DNA of 62,758 nucleotides, counting the filler, from Asterionella formosa (lineage: Eukaryota), in assembly GCA_002256025.1 (NCBI GenBank). It is 24 parts of 24 records of this genome, joined end to end, with 100 filler letters (N's around TTAATTAATTAA, not from the genome) between each part and the next. Parts side by side here need not be neighbours in the genome. Positions count along the whole stretch, not along the records: positions 36,751 to 39,263 come from NKIB01015170.1; positions 39,364 to 41,876 come from NKIB01015171.1; positions 41,977 to 44,489 come from NKIB01015172.1; positions 44,590 to 47,101 come from NKIB01015173.1; positions 47,202 to 49,712 come from NKIB01015174.1; 19 more parts are not named here. One strand, 5' to 3'. The stretch's first letter is position 1. Each line of letters begins with the position of its first letter. Below, piece by piece: positions 36,751-49,812 of the stretch. The notes beneath the pieces are model-generated. The model searched no databases. It worked only from the letters and a program-made list of their open reading frames with translations, and was not told the origin of the DNA. Made by a program: the position numbers and the translations under genes.

Positions 36751-37577
36751 AAATACCGGTTATCATCCACACCTTCATAGACAGCACCAAAAGAACCATG
36801 ACCAAGTTTTTTCTCTTCAGCAAAATGGTTTGTACAATAAGTAATGAATTCCTTAGGAAGCTCGATTGGTCTTGAATTAACATTGTCAATAGCTTCCTTC
36901 ATTTTCGACCGACCTTCAGAAATGAGTTCAGTTGTATTGGCTGCTGTTGGTTTGCGGTTCTTGTTTTGAACCAGTTTTTGAATATCATTTAGTAAATTAC
37001 TATCAATTGAATTATTTCCGAAATCAAGTGTAGTCAAGACAGTATTGACCTTGAGAGCTTCTGCAATGGCCTTGGCTCCGTCATCATCAATGGAATTCCA
37101 TTTGAGACTAAGTGTAGTCAAGACAGTATTGACCTCGAGTGCCTCTGCAATGGCCTTTGCACCCTCAACACCAATTGAGTTATGTCCAAGATAAAGTTTT
37201 GTCAATACTTTATTGACCTTGAGTGCCTCTGCAATGGCCTTGGCTCCGTCATCACCAATTGAATTATAATAGAGATTAAGTTCAGTCAAACTTGGATCAT
37301 TCGCTTTCAACCGTTTGACATCTTCTTCCCATCTAGGCATTGTCAATGAAAAGGCAGTAGGCCCTCCTGTTTCAGCAATTGTCAAATTGTCAGCAATCTT
37401 TGACGTAATTGAATTGGTTGGATTTCGGGTTGTGGTCAATATGAGAAGAACTCTGTTACCATATGCTTTCACATCTGAATTAGATGCATGAATTTGAATA
37501 GTAGACTCAATTACGCCTATCCCACCAGCTTTAACAATTTCTTCCTTGTTGTTGTCATTCAAAGCCAAGTTCTCTAA
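36751..37577 (-). CDS. Partial ARM-repeat + RI-like LRR + protein kinase gene
   Basis: LENLALNDNNKEEIVKAGGIGVI (ARM); 28-aa LRRs LTELNLYYNSIGDDGAKAIAEALKVN x3-4; kinase subdomain I LGHGSFGAVYEG. Confidence 0.85.
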
Positions 37578-38858
37578 TTACGAGCTATAAATTACACTTT
37601 TTATACAGTGTACTGGCTGGTACAACGGTGTCAGTACAACCGGTACATTTATTGGAAAAATACCGGTGTTACTCCACCTGGTATGTAAAAATCGTTATAT
37701 AGGAGAAGGTTGAAGTTTAGTAAAATATATGTATAATACCAGTATTTAACATAGATTAATGACCCCGAGGGTCATTTTAGCTTACCTTGTATTCAGCTAC
37801 CGGTAAGCAAAATTCCGGAAATGATTGAGAATTTTTCCATTTCGACTTCTACTGACAAAATGTTGGTACAAAAGCCTCCCAGACACAGTGGAAAGTGAGA
37901 AGACTTGCTTATTACTGGTACCATGTTTCTGTCTCACGATCAACCCGCTATAATGCATGCATGCATGCATCTGTGTCGTTTTCATACCCGATAGTAGGAA
38001 TACGGTTGCGTCTACTACATTACCCCCGAACCTGGTACGTTCAGGTAGTAGACCGCAGTCTGGGTGGTATATGCCAGATTTGAGTATCTACCAGTCTATA
38101 TCAAGAATTAGGGAACCTCTCGTCTATCAAAATGTTTGATGCAGTTTTTGGGTTCATGGTAAGAACAGAAACTCCGAGGAGCTGGTTATGAATGGAGAAC
38201 ATTTACAAATGGATTTCAATTCTTGCCAAGTCCACAACCCCAGAAGGTATAATGAAAATTGTTCCTTTGAGGAAGCAATATTTGTTTGTCATGCATACTA
38301 GTAAAACAAGGAGACAAGATTTGATCAAATCAAAACATTTGAAAAAGTATTTGTTAATAGTGCAACAACTGGAAAGAAGTGGAAGCCAGAAGCAACTTGT
38401 ATTCCAAAATACAAATAATTTTCTCCACAATTGGCAGCATCACAAGCAACAAAGAGACCCGCTCTAGGGTCCAGCCTTTACCTCCAATCAAATATCTTGT
38501 CCAGCATATGCATTGTTGATCTGGTGTCGAAATCATGGGATGAGTACTTTGCCCATTTCGCTACAACCAAAAAGCTGTTGTTGAATAAGGTTGGGGTTCA
38601 ATGAACTACAACTTCTTCTTCCATCCGGAAATTCAACTGAGGCATCACTGGAACCCTTGTTGATCAGGTTAGTACAGTATCGCAATCATGAGGACCAATG
38701 AAAAGAAACAGCGCGAAGGGCGATTGCAAGCAATAAACAATGCACAGCTGGTCTTCATGTTGCTGCAGGCAACTTGTATGAAAACGTTTCATGATTGATG
38801 AGGACATTTTCAGAAATTACGAGCTATTAAAAAATAATACACTTTTTTACAGTGTACT

Positions 38859-39263
38859 AAAATTTGGCTTCTGTGGAACTCAACGAAATAGTGGGTTGCA
38901 CACGGCATTTCCAGGAAATGGGGAAAGATGCTAGGGAGTTCAGGATGAGATGAAGGGCGCCAGTATGTGAGACCATGGTCCAGAGTGCCAGCAAGATATT
39001 TGAAGACACGTTTGACTGCCTGATACTAGTGAAGGGCAGCAGGGTGGGTGGAGAATTGACTCATTTTAACAACAGGAAAACTGAGTTCAGGACGACAGGT
39101 AATCATGGCCCATATGAGTTCACCAATGGCTCCCCAATATCGAAAATAGCTTGTTTCCAGTGCCAGATGTTCAGCCTCTGTGGTAGGACACAAGATGGTG
39201 TCAAGGGCTTTGATGTGGTTATTGTCAGCAGGCATGGGAAGTTTAGATGGTTTCATGTCCATC
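38859..39263 (-). mobile_element. Degenerate Copia RT / RNase H fragment
   Basis: IGELIWAMITCRPELSFPVVKMSQF and ISWKCRVQPTISLSSTEAKF. Confidence 0.8.
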
Positions 39264-39367
39264 NNNNNNNNNNNNNNNNNNNNNNNNNNNNNNNNNNNNN
39301 NNNNNNNTTAATTAATTAANNNNNNNNNNNNNNNNNNNNNNNNNNNNNNNNNNNNNNNNNNNNTTAA

Positions 39368-40525
39368 GGTTCCTGCATTTGAACCCCTAGCTCGAGGTAG
39401 GGTTAAAAAAATAATATTAAGTCAGAGTAGTCAAACATGGACTTCTTACGAGTAAAATGTAAATGTATATCGCTAAACGGAGCTTTCACCAATACACACC
39501 CTTTCCACATGCTAAAATACAGTCATTTATCAAAGTAGGGGTATAGGTCAACGCTATATATCGTCAGGATATAGGATCTGGCGAGAAACTGCAGAAAGGA
39601 ACTTCGGTTTTTTAACTATGCTGAAAATAGTGGATTTTACCGGGCTAACTCGTTTATTTGGCCTAGTAAAAAAACCGAAGTTCCTTTCTGCAGTTTCTCG
39701 CCGAAAGTTAACTTCTGGGGCTATATGAAGATCACCTATGTACTTAACTCTTCTTCAAACCCTGCCAACGTTGAGCTATCGTCGTCCAAAAATTCGACGA
39801 TATCGGCCTTTTCAACGGTCACCAAAACGTCGGAATCAGAATCACTAATCGCCGAAACGTCATCATCGGAATGGTAGTCTTGTGCTAAAATTTGTAGTCG
39901 TAAAATCTCGTGTACAAAAAGTTCCAATGTAATTGGCCGCTGTATTAATCATATTCTGATTGGTTATCCTTATAACCGATCGATTGGCACGGTTTGCGAG
40001 GTCTTGCAATCCAACGCCGGCCACACTGGACACACATGAAGCATTTTCTTGGGTGTTGGCCGATCCTACCCGTATACCGGTATCCGTACGGAGTAGGAAT
40101 ACCGAGTACCGGGTAGAGTAGGAATACCGAGTACCGGGTAGATCTACCGGTACCAGGTACCTGATCATCATTGGTCATAGTACGAGGTAGTGCACGCTTA
40201 CCAGTACGTTACTACCGTTAGTATGCACATTCAAATAATTTTCGGAGCCGCCGGGTCTTGAATGTGAAACATATTTGTTGATACGAGTAGGTGTTACTAT
40301 CGGTAGAAAAGCAATTTAAAACATTCAGCGATGTAGAATCTATTTGTACATATTTAATGCATTTGAAATGGAATCTATACACGTACGCGCAAATTTCCAC
40401 TCATTTGAATATTTCAAACTGAATCATTGATATTCAAATTAGCACATGAAATTCTTAGTTCCAGGGAATTTCGGCAACCCTAAGCAATATTTTAATTTTT
40501 GCCTAGGGGTTCAAATGCAGGAACC
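39368..40525. mobile_element. 1158-bp non-autonomous TTAA-target DNA transposon (Kolobok-like termini)
   Basis: Perfect 23-bp TIRs GGTTCCTGCATTTGAACCCCTAG (39368-39390 / 40503-40525), TTAA on both sides; purine-purine start fits Kolobok rather than piggyBac. Confidence 0.85.
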
Positions 40526-42140
40526 TTAATATGTAACATTTGTTTACGTAATTTTCTGGAGTTCATTCAACTAAATTTAAGAGTTTCATTAATGAAATAA
40601 AGCCTGCTCATTCGGAACGGCATGCGAATGCTCCTGCACTGAAAGGGTTTGCTGCAATGTCAATTGAATGTAGAGGAAGATCAGTGTGAGATATCAGTAG
40701 CGTTGCTCATATAGCCGTCAAAATAGCGCAGTAATCTTACCAGAAAAACTTCCATTCCGGACCTCATTGTCCCTGCCTGTTGTCAACAACAATGCGTGAG
40801 CTGACAAGCCATACTAGCATTTTTCGCCGACTATTCCGTTGTTTGATTGGTTTTATGGTCCTATGCAGTTACAGAAACAATGAGAAGGAATGATTTGTTA
40901 GCTAGTAGTCATGATAGCTTTGTTCCAACAGAAGTGAATAGGTCCAACGAGCGACAAGAGCACTTACGCAATTTGGTTTGGTTTTGTTTGAGCTGTTGAA
41001 TCAACTGAGAAAAAAGGAAATGTGCGTTTAGTTAACAATTTGTTGTTGTGCTGCCTGCCTGCCTCCCAACGATTGTCATCCAAGTACCACGCACATTGAT
41101 GGCTTCATTACCTTAAACATTCTCCATCCTTCGAATGCGCAATGTGTCGAAGTCACAATGTTTTTCGTTATGTATTGCGTAAACTTTCTTTGCTGTCATG
41201 TGCTTTACTACGACGTATCTTTTCATGAAGCAGCAGGCATTGATTGTTAACGTGACAGAACGATTTGAAAAATATATTGGCCATGAATATAGTAATAAAA
41301 TTTGTAAATATATATATATATATAGCGTAATACATTTTATAAAATTCAAAGGCGCTCTCGATATGGAACATCTGATATGGTTGAGATGATCATACTCGCA
41401 TATACATAATTCGAAAATACTCAATGCACTATATGTCCATTGTTTTCCACGACTACGTGAACCGTGTAAGTCATAACCGCCAGGGTTATGGTGGCAAATT
41501 GTTTAAGCCCCCTTTTTGGGCGGGAGCTCTTCATGTGTACCGGTACATCATATGACAATAACAATATATCATATATATATACAGAGTACCAGTAGCAGGT
41601 AGTAAGTGATATGCTGGTGGGGGTAGTCGGAGTAGTAAACTAGCAACAGAACACCATATGTTCAGGACTGTTGCTACTGCAGTGGGACAATAAATCATCA
41701 TAGTTCTAGGATTGTATGATCGTAAAACTAAAACCAATAGTCGGAGTAATAAGCGAGCAACAGAACACCATATGTTCTGGCATACCTACCCGGTAGTTAT
41801 CATGATATTGCTTTTATGAATTTAACTGGCGCGATAATTAGCCAGGCTGACGAGTTACTACCGGTACCAGGTAGTANNNNNNNNNNNNNNNNNNNNNNNN
41901 NNNNNNNNNNNNNNNNNNNNTTAATTAATTAANNNNNNNNNNNNNNNNNNNNNNNNNNNNNNNNNNNNNNNNNNNNTCAATTTTTGCTTTGCCACGGCTT
42001 TGCTCATAGAATACGACGAACTGTGTTTTATGCCAAACAAATAATGTAAGTTTTCGTCACGTCAATTGAATTGCTCGGCTCGGCTCGGCTCGGCTCGTTC
42101 GTGATCGTTCGTTCCTTTCGACTCCTCTGCTTCCATCACC

Positions 42141-44489
42141 ATGGGAAGGAGAAGTAAACTGCACTTCCAATTCCATTTCGCTTGCTCACACCAGCCACTT
42201 CTTCCATTGTCGTTCCATGTCTTTGCGTTTCCGTTTCCGTTTCTGTTTCTGTTTCCGTGCTCAACAGAAACGAATAAAATGAATCTACATTTACTTTTAC
42301 TTTTCGCCTTGTCCTTTCTAGGAAAGTCAATGTTGTCTTCGCCACGGTATGCCTACTCGAACTCCAAGTTCGGGGAACAAAATGTGGCTTTTCAACAAGA
42401 CTTTGCAGAGAGGCTTGGCATGCAATGGGTGCATGAGTGCAGAAGTGCAACGCCCATTGAATCCATTATACTTTCCGAGAATTTCAGCTGGAAGACAAGT
42501 GGAACAGAGTTGCTGCTTATTAGTGCTCCACCTGCTACCAGGAGCATTATCAAGACAGCAGCAGCAACAACCAACCAACCAAGTGAACGACTCCATGTCT
42601 GGGATGAGCATGCATTTGACTACTATGCCTACCGGTATGCCTATGACAAGTGGCTCATGTTCCTTCGAGTCCACGATTGCATCAAATGTGTTGCTTTTAA
42701 CAGTACATGGAGTACCGGTAACTTGGATTGGTGGTTACCAATTAACTACTATCAGTATGACAAGTTGATCTTGTTCTTTCCAACACCATCATTGACGGAC
42801 ATACTGGATGCGTCACAGGATGGGTTGGCAAAAGTGTTGGGGGACGTGTCGGGGACCACGTTGTTGGTGCAAGTGCTTGGGTATTTGTTTGTGTTCGTCT
42901 TGTCAAGGGCTTCGTTCTTGTCGTACTTGTTTGCATCTGTGTCGAGGGCCACGTTATTGGTGCAAGTGCTTGGGTATTTGTTTGTGTTCATCTTGTCGGG
43001 GGCTTCGTTCTTGTCATACTTGTTTGCATATGTGTCGGGGACCACGTTGTTGGTGCTTGTGCTTGTGTATGTGCTTGTGTATGTGTTCGTCTTGTCAAGG
43101 GCTTCGTTCTTGTCATACTTGTTTGCATATGTGTCGAGGGCCAGGTTGGGGGCGAAAGTTGAAGTGTTGCTCATGTTGGGGGTGAATTTAGCGGATACAA
43201 AGGTTGCTAAATACATTTCCGACAAAGAAAGCAAAACACAAGTTTGTATGAAGGATGCCAGTGTGACTGCTCTTGTAAATGCGATGCCAGAGTTTGTGCT
43301 GAAAAGTACAAAGTCGTCAATTTGTCCTTACCCTGCTGTACAAACTATGAAGTCCCCTCGTCTCAGTGAGCATACCGCCGAAGGATCGCCAGCGAAAGTA
43401 TTCAAGCTTACATGGCTGCCGACTGTCTCCCTGCATCCCTACTATGCACCTGGAGACGGAATGGTACCTCAAGTGAAAGCCAGCTCTGTTTCTGTTGCTC
43501 CGAAAGTCTACAGGGGGTCATCTCATCCTCGTCCTCTACATACAAACTATTGGGTGGATTACAGGCCAGCCAAAGATCGTCACATGCGACAAGATGATGT
43601 ATGGTTCTTGATTTGCTACTTTGATTGTGAGGCATGGAATTTAAGAAGGACAAAGATCAAGACAATGCTGGATGGTGTGGTTGCAACAAAGGTTGCTAAA
43701 TACATTTCCGACAAAGAAAGCAAAACACAAGTTTGTATGAAGGATGCCAGTGTGACTGCTATTGTAAATGCGATGCCAGAGTTTGTGCTGAAAAGTACAA
43801 AGTCGTCAATTTGTCCTTACCCTGCTGTACAAACTATGAAGTCCCCTCGTCTCAGTGAGCATACCGCCGAAGGATCGCCAGCGAAAGTATTCAAGCTTAC
43901 TTGGCTGCCGACTGTCTCCCTGCATCCCTACTATGCACCTGGAGACGGAATGGTACCTCAAGTGAAAGCAAGCTCTGTTTCTGCTGCTCCGAAAGTCTAC
44001 AGGGGGTCATCTCATCCTCGTCCTCTCCATACGAACTACTGGGTGGATTACAGACCAGCCAAGGAATGGCACATGCGAAGAGACGATTTATGGGTCTTAC
44101 ATTGCTACTTTTGTCGCAAATCATGGAAATCAAGAAAGATGGAGATTAAGGCTATGCTAGATGGTGTGGTTGCAACAAAGGTTGCTAAATACATTTCCGA
44201 CAATGAAGACAAAAGGCAAGTTTGTATGAAAGATATCAGTGTGACTGCTATTGTAAATGCAATGTCAGACCTTGTACTGGAAAGTACAAAGTTGTCAATC
44301 TGTTCTTACCCTGTGCAAAATATGAAGTCCCCTCATCTGAGTGAGCATCCCGCCGAAGGATCGCCAGCGAAAGTATTCAAGCTTACTTGGCTGCCGACTG
44401 TCTCCCTGCATCCCTACTATGCACCTGGAGACGGAATGGTACCTCAAGTGAAAGCAAGCTCTGTTTCTGCTGCTCCGAAAGTCTACAGG
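42141..44489 (+). CDS. Orphan ORF with ~30-aa hydrophobic repeats and 163-aa tandem repeats, 3'-truncated
   Basis: Long open frame; ~90-bp repeats at ~42846-43140; 489-bp units start at 43197, 43686 and 44175. Confidence 0.55.
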
Positions 44490-47201
44490 NNNNNNNNNNN
44501 NNNNNNNNNNNNNNNNNNNNNNNNNNNNNNNNNTTAATTAATTAANNNNNNNNNNNNNNNNNNNNNNNNNNNNNNNNNNNNNNNNNNNNACGTGGATCGA
44601 GACAGGCTAGGCGCTGAGTATGTTGCATCTATAAGTTGTTGAACAGAAGGAGTGTATACCACAGTAATATGATGGCTGGGTGAAATTTCTGGGGCCACAA
44701 GCAAGGTAGACAGACCCCGTAGTACTAGGCCTAGCTAGTATTAGTAAAAAACCTGACCCTACTGTATATAATATTCTGTGCCTTTAAACCTTTGTTAAAA
44801 TCAAATTTTACCATGTGGGTATTATTCTGTTGGTTTGCTCAGCAACAACAGAACAACCTCCTGTGCCACTTGATTTATCAATATCTTCACCATGAACACC
44901 AGCGCTACTGGTAAATGCATCAAGCGATGTGGGAGCACACAATTTGGTTTACCTATGACCTATTTAGTGTTGTTGAGCTTGGCAAATCCACGCCTATACA
45001 TCTAAGCCGCGAAATACGCCAATTTTCGAAAATTCATTTACGTAGGAGTGTTAATGATGGGGTACTTGACATGAATTAATGCCACTCTTCCCGTAAAAAG
45101 GGTTACTACTTTTAACTGTTTCATGTGAAGTTTTAACGGTTTCATGTGAAGTTTTAACAATGAACTTTGAGCTCGAGACTGAATTAGTTGATGTTTCAAA
45201 TAATTCATTTCAAAGTTCAACTAATATCCTGCTCTCATGGCTAATTCATTTACTACACACATCTTTATTTGTAAAATAGCAAGGATATTTGTAGTGTCTT
45301 ATTTCATGCATGGACAGTCTACAGTTTATAGTTGTGCACTTCACGTAAATAATATGAACTATTATAGTGAACAAGACTTCTCTTCGAGTTTTTCATGTGA
45401 TGGTTCAGAATCATACAGTGATTTCCATGGCAAAACTAGCTCATGTTACAACTACATATTTAAAAACTTCAAGATAAAATTGTTTTAGAGGATAAATCAT
45501 TGCGAAATGCAACTCAAGTAACGTATGGTACATTTGCCGAGAAGGTATGAATCGGCCAAGAAATGACAGTGAAAAGAGTTTTAGCCATCCTCGTCATGCA
45601 ACAAATTGACGCAATCATAAACATCGCCGCTGTAGGCTGAAGTAAGTGCGCATTGTTGTCAATGTAAAATTGGCAAATTGAACTCGCACCACTACGCCAG
45701 AGAAACGCCGACTCGAGAGAGTGTCCTTCAGCGCTTATCAGAATCACTCATGCGAGGATAGCTAACCAAGTTAAGTACTGGTACAATCACCCTGTTGTCT
45801 TGCACTGTGGTGGTGGCTCAGTTGTTCTAACCCCTTGGCGCTTTTTCCCCTCAAATACTCCTTCTGTAATCACGATTGGTAGATTGAATATCACAGCGAG
45901 GATTGCAGTCATTGTACGCTCGCTTAGTCAAAGTGGTGGCCCTGCTGCAGAATTCAAATCCTTCCATTCTCAAACCAGGTTACAACAACTTGGGCACCAA
46001 CATTGGTATGTTTTAATACGTTGGCTGTCGGGATTTCAGCACACCGCGCTTTGGGATCGTTAGATCTTGGATTCAACCAAGTCGGCGATGATGGGATTAG
46101 ATCATAGGCACATGCTTTGTTTGGATCTGCCTTGCATATGCTCTACTTGGCAGGGAATCACATGCGGGAAGAAGTAGCCATGGCGTTGGATGATGGGATC
46201 AGGAGAGGGTGCGCTGTGACCAAACTGTATTTGACTGGAAACTGATTAGATAGGGCCAGATGGAGTGATTTCAGTAACAGAAGCCATTCTAGAAGATGAA
46301 CTGAGAAGGATAAAACGTCATATGGATTCAATGACACTCGAGGGATCTAAGAGCTCGTTTTAGGCGGAACAAGCATGGGACAATGGGCTGCCACGCAGTT
46401 GCTAGTACAATGCTCTGAATGTACGAATCACACAGAATTGAGGAAGACACAACAGATTAAAATTTCATCATGCAAGTGAATTGGTTAACTCATCAATTGA
46501 TTGTTTTCAATATAGAATCAAGGCGTATTTTTTACTATAGTAGGACGAGGCTAATGGTAGATCATTCAGTGCATGTGCAATTAGGAGTAGTAACTATTGG
46601 CTATGTCCTCTCCCTCTTGTCATATTTGTTCAAGTCACACTTGTAGCCTCAGAAATTTGTCCCGAAGCAATTGTTAGCAAGACTGCGCCAGATTTTTTCG
46701 TGTAGATTGTAGGTTCTGTTGGTACAAAGAGGAAGTCATGGCTGCGCCAGGATTTTTGACCATCTGAATTCATAAAAACACCAACATTCAACACCACTGT
46801 GAACAATTTATTTTCAACATGGGGACGAACCTTACAACTAGCATCCCCCTTCCAGATTTTCAGCTGCCTCACTACAAACATATCTTTTATCAGCTCACAT
46901 ATGGTTTGTTGCACCAACAAAAGGTAGAATGATGCAACATTGAGATGGTCCGCAATGGATGCTTTTAAGGTAATATTTATTTGCTTGCTATTTTTGCTAT
47001 CATATCACCAAGCGAAGGATAAATCATAATGATATGCTGCTGTTCTCAACATTCATTCGACATTTCAACAGGCCTTTTCAGAAAAGCAGTGTTCTTTTGA
47101 ANNNNNNNNNNNNNNNNNNNNNNNNNNNNNNNNNNNNNNNNNNNNTTAATTAATTAANNNNNNNNNNNNNNNNNNNNNNNNNNNNNNNNNNNNNNNNNNN
47201 N

Positions 47202-49712
47202 CAAGATTGACCCTCGCTCATAACATCACGCATGCTGTTACCGCTGATAGAGTCAACGACCCTACTGTTCACTTCAGCTTCCGACGAGGACGTAACACCA
47301 TCATGGCCGACATTAGGTGACCTTTCGTGGTAGTGTGAGGTATTTGAATGCTGTGCTTCGACAAAAGTGTTATCAGAACGAGAAATGATACCAGCAGAAT
47401 CAGAGCCACTCAATCTGTCTGGCAAAGAGGCAGCGTGAAGAGGCAAGGAATTGTTACCCTTGTAGCCATCAGACCATGAGCTTGCGGTTCCGTCATCATT
47501 CGTATCATCTCCCAACATTATGGCGTTCCCTGTTGTCGACTGTAGAGCAACCCCTTCTAAGATATCTGCAGTATCTTGATCGAACGCCCAAGATTGACCC
47601 TCGCTCATAACATCACGCATGCTGTTACCGCTGATAGAGTCAACGACCCTACTGTTCACTTCAGCTTCCGACGAGGACGTAACACCATCATGGCCGACAT
47701 TAGGTGACCTTTCGTGGTAGTGTGAGGTATTTGAATGCTGTGCTTCGACAAAAGTGTTATCTGAACTAGAAATGATACCAGCATATTCCGAGCCACTCAA
47801 TCTGTCTGGCAAAGAGGCAGCGTGAAGAGGCAAGGAATTGTTACCCTTGTAGCCATCAGACCATGAGCTTGCGGTTCCGTCATCATTCGTATCATCTCCC
47901 AACATTATGGCGTTCCCTGTTGTCGACTGTAGAGCAACCCCTTCTAAGATATCTGCAGTATCTTGATCGAACGCCCAAGATTGACCCTCGCTCATAACGT
48001 CACGCATGCTGTTACCGCTGACAGAGTCAACGACCCTACTGTTCACTTCAGCTTCCGACGAGGACGTAACACCATCATGGCCGACATTAGGTGACCTTTC
48101 GTCGTAGTGTGAGGTATTTGAATGCTGTGCTTCGACAAAAGTGTTATCTGAACTAGAAATGATACCAGCATAGTCCGAGCCACTCAATCTGTCTGGCAAA
48201 GAGGCAGCGTGAAGAGGCAAGGAATTGTTACCCTTGTAGCCATCAGACCATGAGCTTGCGGTTCCGTCGTCATTCGTATCATCTCCCAACATTATGGCGT
48301 TCCCTGTTGTCGACTGTAGAGCCACCCCTTCTAAGATATCTGCAGTATCTTGATCGAAGTCCCAAGATTGACCCTCGCTCATATCGATTCGCATGCTATT
48401 ACCATTGACTGAGTCAACGACCCTACTTTTCAATTCAGCTTCTGCCGAGAACGAATTCACATCATGGCAAAGATCGGGTGACCTATCATGGTCGTTTGAA
48501 AAATCTAAATGTTGGGCACACCTGCTGCGGCTATAGGAATGATCGTCTGGGTCAACTGATCTCCTCGGTAACAATTCACCACGAGAGTCAAATGAGCGCG
48601 CATCGGATCGATGACTATGACCACTATAAACCGAGCGATCACCGGTGGTGACCATGGGACTCCTTGACAATGGAGCACCATTGGAGTCGATCGAAATGTC
48701 GTCGGAACAATGGCTCCTCGAGCTGACAATGGAGCGATCCGATGTGCCTTCTGGTCTCTTCTGATCTTGACCGATGAAGGAATCGGCAGAATTCTCGTTC
48801 TTGTCAGAGCGATAACTACCAATGGAGTATGCTGCATCGCTTGCAGCAGCCGCACTCCTCGGAAGTGGCTCGCTGTCCCTCTCGACAGAGTGATCGCAAG
48901 ATTGATTACTTTCGTTATTCAATGAATGATCTCTATCGAACGCACTATGACGAGAACCGGCATTACTTTCTGGCGATGACTCTTTGTTTGAAGAATATTT
49001 CGAGGATCTGACAGAACCTGTGGAGTCCCGGTCCTTTGCAACATCCGTCAAAGCTACGGAGGCGTCCAATACATTTGATCGATTTCCCCCACTATGGTCG
49101 GTCCGATAATCAGAGCGATTCTCAGAGTCTGATCGGAACGTCCGTGGTGAACCATTGGTATCCATAGTATGGTCGCCTGACAGGTAGCTCCTTGTATAGG
49201 AGGAATGATGACCGCTGTCGTCTCGTCTACTGAGCAATGATTGGTTGAAAGGATCCAAGGAGCGCTCATTTGATCGATAGCTGCTGCTGCGGCTATAGGA
49301 ATGATCGTCTGGGTCAACTGATCTCCTCGGTAACAATTCACCACGAGAGTCAAATGAGCGCGCATCGGATCGATGACTATGACCACTATAAACCGAGCGA
49401 TCACCGGTGGTGACCATGGGACTCCTTGACAATGGAGCACCATTGGAGTCGATCGAAATGTCGTCGGAACAATGGCTCCTCGAGCTGACAATGGAGCGAT
49501 CCGATGTGCCTTCTGGTCTCTTCTGATCTTGACCGATGAAGGAATCGGCAGAATTCTCGTTCTTGTCAGAGCGATAACTACCAATGGAGTATGCTGCATC
49601 GCTTGCAGCAGCCGCACTCCTCGGAAGTGGCTCGCTGTCCCTCTCGACAGAGTGATCGCAAGATTGATTACTTTCGTTATTCAATGAATGATCTCTATCG
49701 AACGCACTATGA
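47202..49712 (-). CDS. Internal part of a large Ser/Asp/Arg-rich repeat protein
   Basis: Frame open across the contig; 387-bp (129-aa) units at 47202, 47589, 47976, 48363; 762-bp-spaced duplication (48523-48950 / 49285-49712). Confidence 0.75.
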
Positions 49713-49812
49713 NNNNNNNNNNNNNNNNNNNNNNNNNNNNNNNNNNNNNNNNNNNNTTAATTAATTAANNNNNNNNNNNNNNNNNNNNNNNNNNNNNNNN
49801 NNNNNNNNNNNN

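Noticed and set aside
42752..43234. Thr/Asn-rich and Cys-rich alternative-frame ORFs
   Set aside because: By-products of the TG-rich 90-bp repeat
44590..47101. Short ORFs on this contig, including 46630-46920
   Set aside because: No recognisable motif; cannot support a gene call
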